From Octopus sinensis (Eukaryota): a stretch of 37,712 nt of DNA. Where the stretch lies: NCBI RefSeq assembly GCF_006345805.1, contig NW_021835895.1, forward strand, positions 1 to 37,712. The letters are read 5' to 3'. Below, piece after piece: positions 12,060 through 23,980 of this stretch (positions are counted from its first letter, which is position 1; the number at the start of each line of letters is the position of its first letter). Under the pieces are notes generated by a model that worked only from the letters and a program-made list of their open reading frames with translations, did not search any database and was not told the DNA's origin. The position numbers and the translations under genes were made by a program.

Positions 12060-12280
12060 TACAATGGGGTGCTGAAAAGTTACTGGCTTTAAGGGTATTG
12101 CGAAAGGCCTGGTTGAAGGCCCAATATTACGAGTTCTTTTACAGGGCTTGGGAAAACCGAAGGACTGATGCATTAAGTGTGTGAATCTGAGAGGGGAATA
12201 TGTTGAATAAAATCATAATTAACTGTTCCTTCTGTATTTTCTTTTGCCCAAAGTCAAGAACCTTTCAGCAACGCCTCGTA
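12060..12280 (+). mobile_element. Non-autonomous mariner (Tc1/mariner) element
   Basis: TA at both ends, imperfect ~30-bp TIRs, internal transposase C-terminus KCVNLRGEYVE*. Confidence 0.8.
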
Positions 12281-12322
12281 AAACATAATGCGAAGATTAC
12301 CATTGAAGTGATTATCTTACTG

Positions 12323-13181
12323 GGATCTTTACCCTTTGAACGGCAGATCGAGAAATTAATTTTTTGTTACTAAACACTTTCAAACTTCGGACATTGGTAC
12401 AACGTGTCATATAAAACATCTTTTACTCTTAGTGTTGATGAGAAAAGTTTCTATTTTCAAAGTTATTTTGTGTTACAGTTGTCGTATTTCGGTAATTTCA
12501 ACCAATCAATGACGTGTATTCAGCTGAATAAAATTACTGCTGTTGTTTGTCAACAACAACTTCCGGTGGTGTATATTTCGTTTGTCACTGTTATTTATGA
12601 CATATTTCGTCTCAGTTACGTTTGTATGAATAAACGAGTGTATCTGAAGCATGTTTACTTCATGGCACCATCATAATCGTTCGTGGATTTCTACTGCTTT
12701 GAGTTTTTTGCCTGTGTTTTTAGCTATTTTCGCCCCTTACTATTTTTTCAGCTACTATTTTCCCCCTCCTACCTCTCCCCTCCAATTTCTTCATGTTTCC
12801 CTTTTTCCGTAAATCTAACCCTAAAATCCCAACCCTAACCCTAAAACCACAACACTAACTCTAAAACTCTAACCCGAACCCTAAAGCTAAAACCAGTACA
12901 AACGCACGAACGATGTCATAACAGTGATAAACGAAATATATACCGCCGATAGTTGCTGTTGACAACAGTAATTTTATTCAGCTAAATACACGTCACTGAT
13001 TGGTTGAAATTACCGAAATAGCCAACTTTAACTTGAAATAACTGCGTAAATATAAGATTTTCTCAAAAATTCTATGAGTAAAAGATGTTTTATATGACAT
13101 ATTCTACCAGTGTCCGAAGTTTGAAAGTGTTTAGTTGCAAAAAATTAATTTCTCGATCTGCCGTTCTAAGGGGAAAGATCC
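12323..13181. mobile_element. Non-autonomous DNA transposon with ~285-bp TIRs (GGATC termini, 8-bp TSD; Merlin-like)
   Basis: ggatctttacc...ggaaagatcc; long imperfect TIRs; flanks tcttactg/ttttactg; internal CCCTAA-like tract. Confidence 0.75.
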
Positions 13182-14339
13182 TTTTACTGCTGTATATATT
13201 TACGGTATTTGTAGATGTTAAGCCCGATGCTAATTCATACACGTCATTACACAGTTACATGTGTATATTTTACTACTTTAAGAATGCACTTGATTATATT
13301 TCGTAAACGTCCCAAGACGACTTTGGGGAGATAAATATTCTATCATCCCTAGTGAAATAGTAAACGATAAAGTCAGACCTATGAAAGCCTGAAGGCCTAA
13401 ACAGCACCTGACCATTTCAGTCCAAAATTCCTCTACCAACTTTGTACCACATTAAGCATATATTTTCAAATCTACCATCCATGTACTCCTTCACCAATCC
13501 CCAACACTACCGCATATGAATATATACCAAGTCTGAACTGACTTCTTGTCACTTGAAACAAACACCGACCCTGACAATGTCCCTTCCATTACCATCGAAA
13601 AATGTGCCCGAATAGTGTCCCATGGACTTACCAAACTAGTCTCTCTGTTTCTCTTTCTCTCTCTCACTCACACACACTCTACTGATGTGTGTCTTGTTTC
13701 CGAAAAACATAAACTTTTAAATATGATCCAAACTCAGGGCCCTCACGCTTTCAACATTCAACAATAGGTCTTCATCCTCGATAAATTTATTAAACGAATG
13801 TTGATGCACTCGATATCAGGACAACATCTGACTGCCTGGCACGCAGTTCAAGTGACATGAAGAAGAATCAGGAAACGGGGAGGATTCGAGGATGCGAGGA
13901 ATGGAGAAAAGAAAGAAGTGGATAGGGAAGAAGAGAATAAGAAGAAGAGAATAAGAAGAATAGGGATCTAGTTGAACAGATATCTTCCAGCGGTTTCATA
14001 AACTCAGATCCATTAACTGTTACTTCCATCTTCCTCTACGCCATCATCCATATCAGTAAAACTGCACGTGGATTTACGTTGGATAGAAATATATTTTCTG
14101 TTGCCATTCCAAATCGCACAGCTTTATTTCGGCGGAAGTTCCACATGAGTAATTTAACTGAACTTTATCACATGAGGGCTACGAAACGACTGGCAAATTC
14201 TAACATTATTACTATCTTTATTTAATTACAGTCGATATAAAAGTAAGGAGTTGGTCACTCTTTATATACTATTGTGAGAGGAAGAGTGACCGAAAAAGTA
14301 AGATAGAGTCAATGTAAATGGTACAAGAAGGGTAGTGTG

Positions 14340-14430
14340 ATAGCAGAAGATACGCCACAGAAAATACTTAGCGGCATTTTGCTCATCTTTACGTTCTGAG
14401 TTCAAATTCCACCGACGTTGACTTTGCCTA
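14340..14430 (+). mobile_element. Degraded SINE family A fragment
   Basis: ttacgttctgagttcaaattccaccgacgttgactttgcct. Confidence 0.6.
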
Positions 14431-15973
14431 CCCATTCCCACAATATTGGTGGCTTTGTGCCAAAATTTGGAACCAATAGAGAAAGTGTTTTATAACCTTC
14501 TGAAAATAGACATTTTTAATGAAATTTTTGAGTGGTCGGTTTTTGATGGAGTACTTGCGATTATGTTGATAAATTTAATAAAAATAATGACATAGATTTC
14601 TTGCAACATACAAATATGAAAATTGTTTTATATAATTGTATTTTAAGATAATTAATATTTTTTCTTTGGAAAACTGTTATTCTTGTCATCAGTCTGTAGA
14701 AGCACATAAGCACAAAAAATTTTGATAAACTATTAAATTATAATTATGGTTGAAGACAGTTTCGATTTCTGATTATTGTTCTCGTTCTTTTCTCATTCAT
14801 AGCTAGTTATTAGAAAGGCATGAATGTCATTCTTTATCACATCCTCTTTTCTAAAATGTCTGAAACTCGGTGCCTCTGTGTGGAATCGATATAATCTGAC
14901 TATAATCTGATTGTTCAAGCCAGTAGTAACAGAAGCTGTAGGAATTGCATTTGTTGTTCTTTGTTATAACAGCAACTCTGGGAGAGATGGTGATGAGTTT
15001 GAAGGCCGTTTATGTAGCGGGGTTGTTTCAGCTTTTGTGTTGGTTTTACGAGCACTGATAGATTAGATTATTTGATAGATTAAATCTTTTTTAACTGTAA
15101 TCTAATTTCTACGAATAGCTTTAATGCCTGCTACTCTAATCCTTTGTTTCTCACTTCACTCTACATAGAAATTAATCTAAGTTATATCTGACGGAAGTGT
15201 TTCAAGAAACATCGTCTAGATTTCAATTATCGTTCCATAATATGGTTCGACAGCAGCATTAACAATTCCGGTATTTCTCTATATGTATCGAAGACCAGAG
15301 CCATTCGGTATCATGGGTTGTCTAGAATAATCTTTACAGAAATAACTTAATAACAATTTCTTTCTTAGCCAGAAAAACAATTCTACATATTTCATCATTC
15401 CGCCTAAGATGAATGTCGAAAGTTATCCTACCGAGATTTGAAATCAGACCCGAGTTGTATGAAATTGAAACTAGGATTAATTTAGTATGTTTTTTTTGTT
15501 ATTTTGTATATTACCATTCACATTATTCTCGAAATAATCAAATGCTGCACTGACGTCTTGAAGTATTTTCACCCATGTATAGAACTAACATTTGAAAAGA
15601 ATCATTGTTCTCAATGAAAACTTAACATTTGTAGTGAATTTACATGCAACAGAGAAAGTAAAGCAAAATTTCAATTCATAAACAAAAATATAATGTAAAT
15701 ACGGTAGGGTATTTCACGCTAATATTCCACAAAAAATGTTTTATTTAATGCATATCAATCAATAATTAATTGTTTCTTCTGTTCAATATTATATTTGTCG
15801 GTCACAACCAATCAAATCCAATTGATCGTCACAGTTGACATATTCTTTGGTTTTGTAAAAATAATTGTTTCTTTTTTGCTGCACCCTTTTAAATATTTTT
15901 GTATAACAAAGAACATCTTTGATGGAATTACATCTTGGTGCGGCAGTTCAGGAAGAAATGTTGCTAAAAACCC

Positions 15974-16372
15974 GGATCTTTTCGGTTTGACCGGCAGTTT
16001 TTTTAAATAATTTCCACGTAACCTAACACTTTTAAACTTCGTATACTGGTAGAATGTGTCTATAAAACATCTATTTCTCTTGGCTTTATTGAGGAAATTC
16101 TGTAGTTTGTAAGATATTTGTTGTTTTTTCTTCAATTTCTACAATTTCAACCAATCAATGACGTCTATTTAGGTGAAAACATTCTGTGCCATATGAATAT
16201 GTCCATCGTTTAAGAAACAGATAGGGTTTATTTACATTTTTGTAGAAAAAAGATACCCTTACCCCACCCCTAACAGATTGAAATGCAATAGATCGATACT
16301 AGGGACATAATTATGGGTGACAATTTCATATGACAGCGCTAGAAAAAACTGCCGTTCAGACCGAAAAGATCC
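15974..16372. mobile_element. MITE with GGATC termini (related to 12323-13181)
   Basis: 30-bp TIRs ggatcttttcggtttgaccggcagtttttt / aaaaaactgccgttcagaccgaaaagatcc; shared subterminal aatttcaaccaatcaatgacgt. Confidence 0.75.
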
Positions 16373-16571
16373 GAATTATATCTTGGTGCAGCAGTTCAGG
16401 AGAGGAAGAAATGTAGCTAAAAACTCTGTTTTCGGCAGTATCAAAAAAATGTAACAAAAGTAAAAGTACCATCCGTTTCAGTTTTCTGTTAGGCACACCA
16501 AGTACAGATAAAGAGTATAGGCGAATGACTCCACTCTCCCACACTCTGTACACTTTTTATTAGTCGGTAGA

Positions 16572-16691
16572 CGAAGGCGGCCGGCTGCTAGAACCGAACA
16601 ACATGCCGAACAAAATTCTTAACAGTATTTTGTCTATCTTTATGCTCTTGGGTTAAAGTTGCCTTTTCTCTTTCGTTGTCGATAAAATAAG
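16572..16691 (+). mobile_element. Degraded SINE family A head/core
   Basis: aaggcggccggctgctagaa...ttgccttttctctttcgttgtcgataaaataag. Confidence 0.5.
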
Positions 16692-17346
16692 GGATCTTTA
16701 CCTTTTGACCGACAGATTTTAAAATATATTTTTGTAACTAAATACTTTCAAACTTCGCACACTGGTAGAATGTGTCACATAAAACATCTTTTATTCTTAG
16801 TGTTGTTGAGAAAAGTTTCTATTTTCAAAGTTATTTCGTGTTAAAGTTGTCGTATATCAGTAATTTCAACCAATCAATGACGTCTATTCAGCTGAATAAA
16901 ATTACTGGTGTTGTTTGTCAACTTCCGTTGGTGTATTTTTCGTTTGTCAACTTCCGGTGGTGTATATTTCGTTTGTCAACTTCCGGTGGTGTATATTTCG
17001 TTTGTCAACTTCCGGTGGTTTATATTTCGTTTTGTCAACTTCCGGTGGTGTATATTTCATTTGTCAACTTCCGGTGGTGTATATTTCGTTTGTCAACTTC
17101 CTGTGGTGTATATTTCGTTTGTCACTGTTATTTATGACATATTTCGTCTCAGTTACGTTTGTATGAATAAATGAGTGTATCTGAAGCATGTTTACTTCAT
17201 GGCACCACGATAATCGTTGATACTTCATTTTTCATTTTTTCCGTAACTCTAACCCTAAAACCGCAACCCTAACCCTAAAACCCTAACCCAAACCCTAAAA
17301 CCCTAAAGTTAAGACACACGAACGATGTCATAAATAACAGTGACAA
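16692..17346. mobile_element. Second copy of the GGATC long-TIR element, right end truncated, with internal 29-bp minisatellite
   Basis: Colinear with 12323-12930. Confidence 0.8.
16917..17120. repeat. 29-bp tandem repeat x7 (gtcaacttccggtggtgtatatttcgttt)
   Basis: Units start at 16917, 16946, 16975, 17004, 17034, 17063, 17092. Confidence 0.95.
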
Positions 17347-18174
17347 GGTGTACATGCTGTGTAAAGAAGCTATAACAAAACAGCAAAATTCCAGCAATCA
17401 ACATCTCCAGTAGGAAGGGTAGCTGCTTAGAATCTATCATGGAAACTTTACAAAACCTTTTTGACCGTGATTACTAAGGCTAAGTGCCCTATTCCACATT
17501 GTTTCTCTGCCTATGCGGTATGGGGTGCGGACATTTAACGTAGGCCCGTTTAGAGCATATTGGCTATAACTCACTTTTCAAGGATTTTACTGAGTGGCAG
17601 CACCTCCCTTTTTATCTTCACCATCCTCTTCAGGGATTGCTCAAGTCCTTAGGCGTCCACTACACACCCTCGTTCACTATAGATGCCTTCCCTGGGAAGA
17701 CAATGGGGTAAATTTTACGGTGGTCTGGGACAATATGTGAACCTATCCTACTCACTTCAATTACTGTTCGATAACCTCCACAAATTAGTAGTATTAGTAG
17801 TGTTTGGATACTTGAAGTATGCATGTAAAACAGTTTTTTTTACTCCGCGTGCATCTCGGACGGACCCGGCAAACGGCACTTCTATGCTAGGTCATGCATT
17901 TCTGGGAGTTATCCATAATTCGTGACCCAAAGGTTCTCTGGAAAAGAACAGCCACCTCACTCCCTTCGAAGGCCTAGAGTTTAGTCGAGAAAACTGACAC
18001 TCTCCCCCAACATAGAACGCCAAAATGAAGTTCTGTTGATGGCATTGTCTAACTGGTAGAAAAATATAACCGACTGGTCAAATTTTAGATTCAAACACCA
18101 AGTCTAGGTCTCTGTCAAGGAAATGGGCTATGACAAAAGACGACTTCATATGTTTACAGTCAAGGAATATTATC

Positions 18175-18402
18175 TATTTCTTTACTACACACAAGGGGCT
18201 AAACACAGAGAGGACAAACACGGACAGACAAACGGATTAAGTCGATTATATCGACCCCAGTGCGTAACTGGTACTTATTTAATCGACCCCGAAAGGATGA
18301 AAGGCAAAGTCGACATCGGCGGAATTTGAACTCAGAGCGTAGCGGCAGAGGAAATATCCTAAGCATTTCGCCCGGCGTGCTAACGTTTCTGCCAGCTCGC
18401 CG
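18175..18402 (-). mobile_element. SINE family A, full monomer
   Basis: Reverse complement of the 21833-22060 type. Confidence 0.9.
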
Positions 18403-18435
18403 ACCTACCAGCTCGGCGCCATAATATCTACGAAA

Positions 18436-18717
18436 TTAGTACCTCGGCATGGAGAGCTCGTATGCTGGGCAGACAGGAACTCGTATACCAAGCAGGGAAG
18501 AGCTCGGTAAATTGGTCGGGCGGTACATCTACAAATGCACCTCCCGATTAGTGGAACGTGTCCCTTCCACATAAAGAAGAATATTTTAATAATGATGGAA
18601 CTGAAATCTACGTCAAGTGTGTGTATGTGTGTATGTATCATTAAGTGAACTCCCCTCTGCTTGGCATACAAGTTCCCGTCTGCCCAGCATGCGTTCTCAC
18701 CGTGCCGTGGTTGTTAA
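18436..18717. mobile_element. MITE with ~65-bp imperfect TIRs, TTAA-like ends
   Basis: ggcatggagagctcgtatgctgggcagacaggaactcgtataccaagcag vs ctgcttggcatacaagttcccgtctgcccagcatgcgttctcaccgtgcc. Confidence 0.7.
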
Positions 18718-19208
18718 TGCGAAAATATGTACTGAGGCTATAGCATCTTCAAAGATTCCTTGACTGTAAGTATATGCAATCCTGTTTTGTTGCAGCCCAT
18801 TTCCTTTGCAAAGCAGTCTTAGGTTAGACGATCACAGAGACTAGGCGTTGGAATCTAGAATTTTGTTAGTCACACACATCTCTCCGCCAGTTAGACATCG
18901 CCATCGATAAAACTTCGTTTTGACGTTCTATGGTGGTGCAGAGAGCGTCGGCTTTCCCAGCGAAACTCTATGCGTCGAGGAGAGTGAGGTGGCTGAGAGT
19001 TTGACAATGATATTGCATACAGCAAAAGATAAACGTTTGCCTTCTGTGTATACGAGAACGAGGACATTGTACAAGGAACAGATCATTCTAAATGTTTTCT
19101 AGTGCCCTTAGAAGTCTATTGTAAATTCTTCCTACTTAATACCAAGGTATTTGTAAAAACTATACTTCAATTTCATCGAATCAGAAAGGAAAACAGTTTT
19201 ATAGAAGA

Positions 19209-19993
19209 CTATCAGTATCGCCCGGCGTTGCTCGGGTTTGTAAGGGAAATAACTATATAAGCATTTTTAGAGATGTAAAGTATAATAGCCATCTCAATAT
19301 GGCTAACCACAAAGGGAGGGGGGCTACCGTAGCTTTTTACTTTCTGAGATTTAATAATAAATTTTTAGAGAGTTACTTCCCTTATATATGCCAAAATGCA
19401 TTAAAAATGGGAAAAATTGATGGTAATTTTTTTTTTAATCGTAGACTCATCGTAGACGCGCGCTAATACCCAGAAGGGCTCGATATGAATCACGACTATA
19501 AGATACCCGATTTCGGTTAAACTGCACCGCAAAATGTGGGAGTAGTTAGGAATCTAAATCGTAGGAGACAGACACACAACTTCACTTTTATATATAACTA
19601 GCAGTATCGCCTGGCGTTGCTCGGGTTTGTAAGGGAAATAACTATACAGCATTTTTAGAGAGTTATAGCCAAAAAATAGCAAAAAAATGCATTAAAAATG
19701 GAAAAAATATGATGGTAAATCGTTGACTCATCGTAGACATTTTTAGAGAGTTACTTCCCTTATATAATAGCGAAAAAATGCATCAAAATGGAAAAAAAAT
19801 GATGGTAATTTTTTTTTTTAATCGTAGACTCATCGTAGGCGCGCGCTAATACTCAGAAGGGCTCGATATGAATCACGACTATAAGATACCCGGTTTTGGT
19901 TAAACTGCACCGCAAAATGTCGGAGTAGTTAGGAATCTAAATCGTAGGAGACAGACAGCACACAACCTTCTTTTATATATATAGATATAAAGA
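19209..19993 (-). mobile_element. Head-to-tail dimer of a non-autonomous Helitron
   Basis: Two ~390-bp units (19209-19597, 19598-19993); minus strand starts TC(T)TTATAT and ends with the CCCGAGCAACGCCGGG hairpin ~10 nt before CTAG/T. Confidence 0.8.
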
Positions 19994-20196
19994 TAACACA
20001 CTGTATCAGACAAACGACGCTGTTTTAAGAAGGTGAAGAACGAAGGTGTAAAACAGAGTGTGACAATTTATTTCGTTATGACGTTGAAAGGGAAAATGGT
20101 GTTAGCAAATATGATAATCGTAACATTATTAATGTTGCCGACTGGCGTAATGTCTATGACAATGAAAGTGTTAATATCTATACTACTTTATTGAAT

Positions 20197-20579
20197 GGAG
20201 GCGCAATGGCCCAGTGGTTAGGGCAGCGGACTCGCGATCATAGGATCGCGGTTTCGATTCCCAGACCGAGCGTTGTGAGTGTTTATTGAGCGAAAACACC
20301 TAAAGCTCCACGAGGCACCGGCAGGGGATGGTGGTGATCCCTGCTGTACTCTTTCACCACAACTTTCTCTCACTCTTACTTCCTGTTTCTGTTGTACCTG
20401 TATTTCAAAGGGCCGGCCTTGTCACTCTCTGTGTCACGCTGAATATCCCCGAGAACTACGTTAAGGGTACACGTGTCTGTGGAGTGCTCAGCCGCTTACA
20501 CGTTAATTACACGAGCAGGCTGAGCCGTTGATTCGGATCAACCGGAACCCTCGTCGTCGTAACCGACGGAGTGCTTCCA
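20197..20579 (+). mobile_element. tRNA-derived SINE family B, full length
   Basis: A box tggcccagtgg, B-box-like ggtttcgattcc; 12-bp TSD actttattgaat at 20185-20196 and 20580-20591. Confidence 0.9.
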
Positions 20580-20759
20580 ACTTTATTGAATAGGACGGTT
20601 AGGGATTTTGCACGGTTGCACAATGGAGGGAAAGTCTAAGTGGTTGCCCGAGTTGCTAGTTATTGCGTATAAAACATCAGTGTTTTTAAAAGTAACGCGC
20701 ATTAAAACAATGGAAAAGAAGCAATGGATGGTTTCATGAAAGGAATACTTTTGGATTTT

Positions 20760-20953
20760 TACGTCATTGATTGGTTGAAATTATCGAAAAACGAGAACTT
20801 CAACAAGAAGTAACTTTATAAACATAAACTTTTCTCAAAAACGCTAAGAGTAAAATGTGTTTTATATGAGACATTCTACCAGTAGATGAAGTTTGAAAGT
20901 GTTTAGTTACAAAAAATTATTTTTTAAATCTGTAGGTCAAAAGGTTAATATCC
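20760..20953. mobile_element. Isolated right TIR of the GGATC long-TIR element
   Basis: Matches 12990-13181. Confidence 0.75.
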
Positions 20954-21832
20954 TTACTTTTTTAGCACAATGTTCAATTAGGGCTGATCTCAGCCTTAAG
21001 CCCAGCACAAGGTACTGCTACTACTACTACATTAAAGTTACATGCTGTGGAGTTTAACTAGAAAGTTGCCAATGTATGCGAACACATAGTGTATCTTTAA
21101 GAATCTAACAAACCTACCTAGAACAGATGCATAAAAAACAAACCAACACTTTAAAATAGCAGCTTTTATGTGTCAACGTATATTATGCAGTTACATAACT
21201 AATGTATAGAAGGAAACGATACTTTTCTTCCCAACCTTGGAATTCCTCTCTCTTTATCTATCTATTTGTTATTTTCTTATTTACTGACAACATCAGGTTA
21301 CATAAACAATGTTTTCTTGCAGAAGAAATGAGTCACTGACTTACAATACAATATTTGTACTTTAAATTAAAACCTAAGATAGAGCACTGTAAATTATGCA
21401 AGATAAGCTGGATTTCACTTGCATAAATATTTGATAGGCCTACAGGATATATCAAGAATGACATAAGTTTAACAGAAATAACGATCACCCACGTTCTCAG
21501 ACTTTTGGATTCTTAAAGAATAACGATTTCCCTTAGATGATTGATTTCAGAGATACACTAGTAAGGAATAAAAAACAATTTTATTTTCAGAAGTATGTCT
21601 TTTGAAAATAGTCTCCTCGCCACCCAAAAAGAAACAGAACACACAGCAAAATTTCCCTCAAATCTCCCGCTATCATTTTCCCCATGTATGTAGTACTTGA
21701 TGTGAGAAAAATGGAATGGTCTGACAAGAATGCTCTGGATTGCAAATTTATTTTCTCGACCACTACTGCCCCGTAGTTAAACAAAATGTTCATCTACCAA
21801 TTTCTTTATTATAAGCATAAAGCCTTTTAAAT

Positions 21833-22060
21833 GCGGCGAGCTGGCAGAAACGGTAGCACGCCGGGCAAAATGCGTAGCCGCTTTTCGTCTGCCGTTACGT
21901 TCTGAGTTCAAATTCCGCCGAGATCGACTTTACCTTTCATCATTTCGGGGTCGATAAATTAAGTACCAGTTACGCACTGGGGTCATGTAATCGACTTAAT
22001 CCTTCTGTCTGTCCTTGTTTGTCCCCTCTATGTTTAGCCCCTTGTGGGCAATAAAGAAAG
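21833..22060 (+). mobile_element. tRNA-derived SINE family A, full monomer
   Basis: Head gcggcgagctggcagaaacg, B box gagttcaaattcc, tail aataaagaaag; 20-bp TSD aagcataaagccttttaaat at 21813-21832 and 22061-22080. Confidence 0.92.
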
Positions 22061-22249
22061 AAGCATAAAGCCTTTTAAATATTCATCTACCAATAATCAA
22101 AGTAGAAAAAGATTCAGATTTGGATTATATGATAAAAATTATAATAAAAATTTTGATAGTCGTCTCCTAAACGATTACGGTATAATATGGAGGACCCGTG
22201 CAACACGAACTCGAGGAAACTGAGAAATTTATTGATATTCCTAAAATTG

Positions 22250-23342
22250 GGTTCATATTTTGGCACACAGCAAACAATTTCGGGGAGGGGATAAACCGAT
22301 TACAGCGATCCCAGTGTTCAACCAGTACTTATTTAATCGACCCCGAAATAATGAAAGGCAAAGTCAACCTCAGCGCCATTTGGATATTCCTAATATTGAT
22401 TTCAAATTTTGGCAGAAGGCCGGCAAGTTCAGGGAGAGGAGTATGTTGATTACATCGACCCCAGTGCATAACTGATACTTATTTTATCGACGCCGAAATT
22501 ATGAAAGGTAACGTGGACCTCGGTGGCATTTGAATTCAGAACGAAAAAGTTAAATGAAATGCTGCTAAGCATTTTGCCCAGCGTGATAACGATTCTTTTC
22601 TACTCTAGGCACAAGGCCCGGAATTTGGAGGCAGAGGGCCAGTCGATTAGATTGACCTGAGCACGCAACTGGTACTTAATTTATCGACCCCGAAAAGATG
22701 AAAAGTCAACCTCGGCGGAATTTGAACTCAGACGAAACACCAATTTCATTACTGCCCACAACGGGCTAAAGAAAGAGGAGACAAACAATGACAGACAAAG
22801 GGATTAAGTCGATTACATCAACCCCAGTGCGTAACTGGTACTTAATTTATCGACCCCGAAAGGATGAAAGGCAAAGTCGTCCTCGGCAGAATTTGAACTC
22901 AGAACGTAACAACAGACGAAACAGCTTTTTTATTACAGCCCACAACGGGCTAAACACAGAGGAGACAAACAAGGACAGACAAACTGATTAAGACGATTAC
23001 ATCGACCCCAGTGCGTAACTGGTACTTAATTTATCGACCCCAAAAGGATGAAAGGCAAAGTCGACCTCGGCGGAATTTGAACTCAGAACGTAATGACAGA
23101 CGAAACACCAATTTCTTTACAACCCACAACGGGCTAAACACAGAGGAGACAAACAAGGAAAGACAAACGGATTAAGTCGATTACATCGACTCCAGTGCGT
23201 AACTGGTACTTAATTTATCGACCCCGAAAGGATGAAAGGCAAAGTCGACCTCGGCGGAATTTGAACTCAGAACATAACAGCAGACGAAATACGGCTACGA
23301 ATTTCGCCCGGCGTGCTAACGTTTCTGCCAGCTCGCTGCCTG
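22250..23342 (-). mobile_element. Cluster of family A SINEs including a 184-bp module trimer
   Basis: Module marker cccacaacgggctaaa at 22755, 22939, 23123; alternative-tail module at ~22592-22740; older copies at 22250-22590. Confidence 0.88.
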
Positions 23343-23980
23343 CGTTAATCTTATTATTGATATTATCAGTATCAATGATAATAATGATTATTGCTGATTG
23401 TCATTTATTACCGATCTAATGAAAAGAATTGCACACAAATGAAAAGTATAAAATTATCAAACGCAGACACATTTAATAATAATCATGAATAAATTTAACT
23501 GAACAGGAAATATGAAGTATATAAAAAGAGAAATACAAAGGGAATGTCACATAACACAATCCACATCACAAAATACGATAAATAAGAACGCCGTATTTGT
23601 GTTGTATACAACATATTGTATAATCCAGCGGATACATAGTAAAACTAAATAAGAAACACAAATTATCAAGTAACAATAATAGAGAAGAGCGATCATTTTA
23701 GCAACGCAAAAGATGAATAGAAAATATGATAGATGAAATATTTCAATTGATACAAACGTGAATACACGCCATTATGTAATAAAATAATACCAAAACCTCT
23801 GCACCCAATAATACAACTTAGTCCGCATAATCTACCCAACATACACTCTGTATAATCACCACCCGACACTAAAACATAAAATACAATTCACTTAGTACAT
23901 ACAAAATACATTATAATGCAACAAAATAGCACAATTTATATTCTATATTTTCATATTCTTCACGGAAAAACGGACGAGAT

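Larger units (their letters stand above)
4555..15300 (-). pseudogene. Decayed Toll-like receptor pseudogene (LRR-LRRCT-TIR), interrupted by transposons
   Basis: Ordered minus-strand remnants: LETLPSDIT (~15180-15206), LKRFNLSNNLI (~15061-15097), NLHLDG/NPI (~11083-11110), VNNRFLCSHELY (LRRCT-like, ~9920-9955), FEYRSE (~9703-9720), IYDGVTYN and FKICMLKD (TIR box 1/2-like, ~9507-9615), MKVSLYAFFV...ACMYE...LIKFGRYLE...ELF (TIR C-half, ORF 4555-4821); many stops and frameshifts. Confidence 0.55.

Noticed and set aside
13400-13770. Possible second GIY-YIG C-terminus (MIQTQGPHAFNIQ)
   Set aside because: Too little motif conservation to support
16917-17120. CRISPR-like 29-bp repeats
   Set aside because: No spacers, no cas genes, eukaryotic context, lies inside a transposon TIR
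20197-20270. tRNA genes at SINE heads (also 29222, 30827, 32652, family A)
   Set aside because: They continue into SINE bodies, several with TSDs; no clean cloverleaf or terminator
22788-23419. Recurrent ORF WYLIYRPRKDERQSRPR
   Set aside because: Antisense translation of the SINE A core, repeated at each copy
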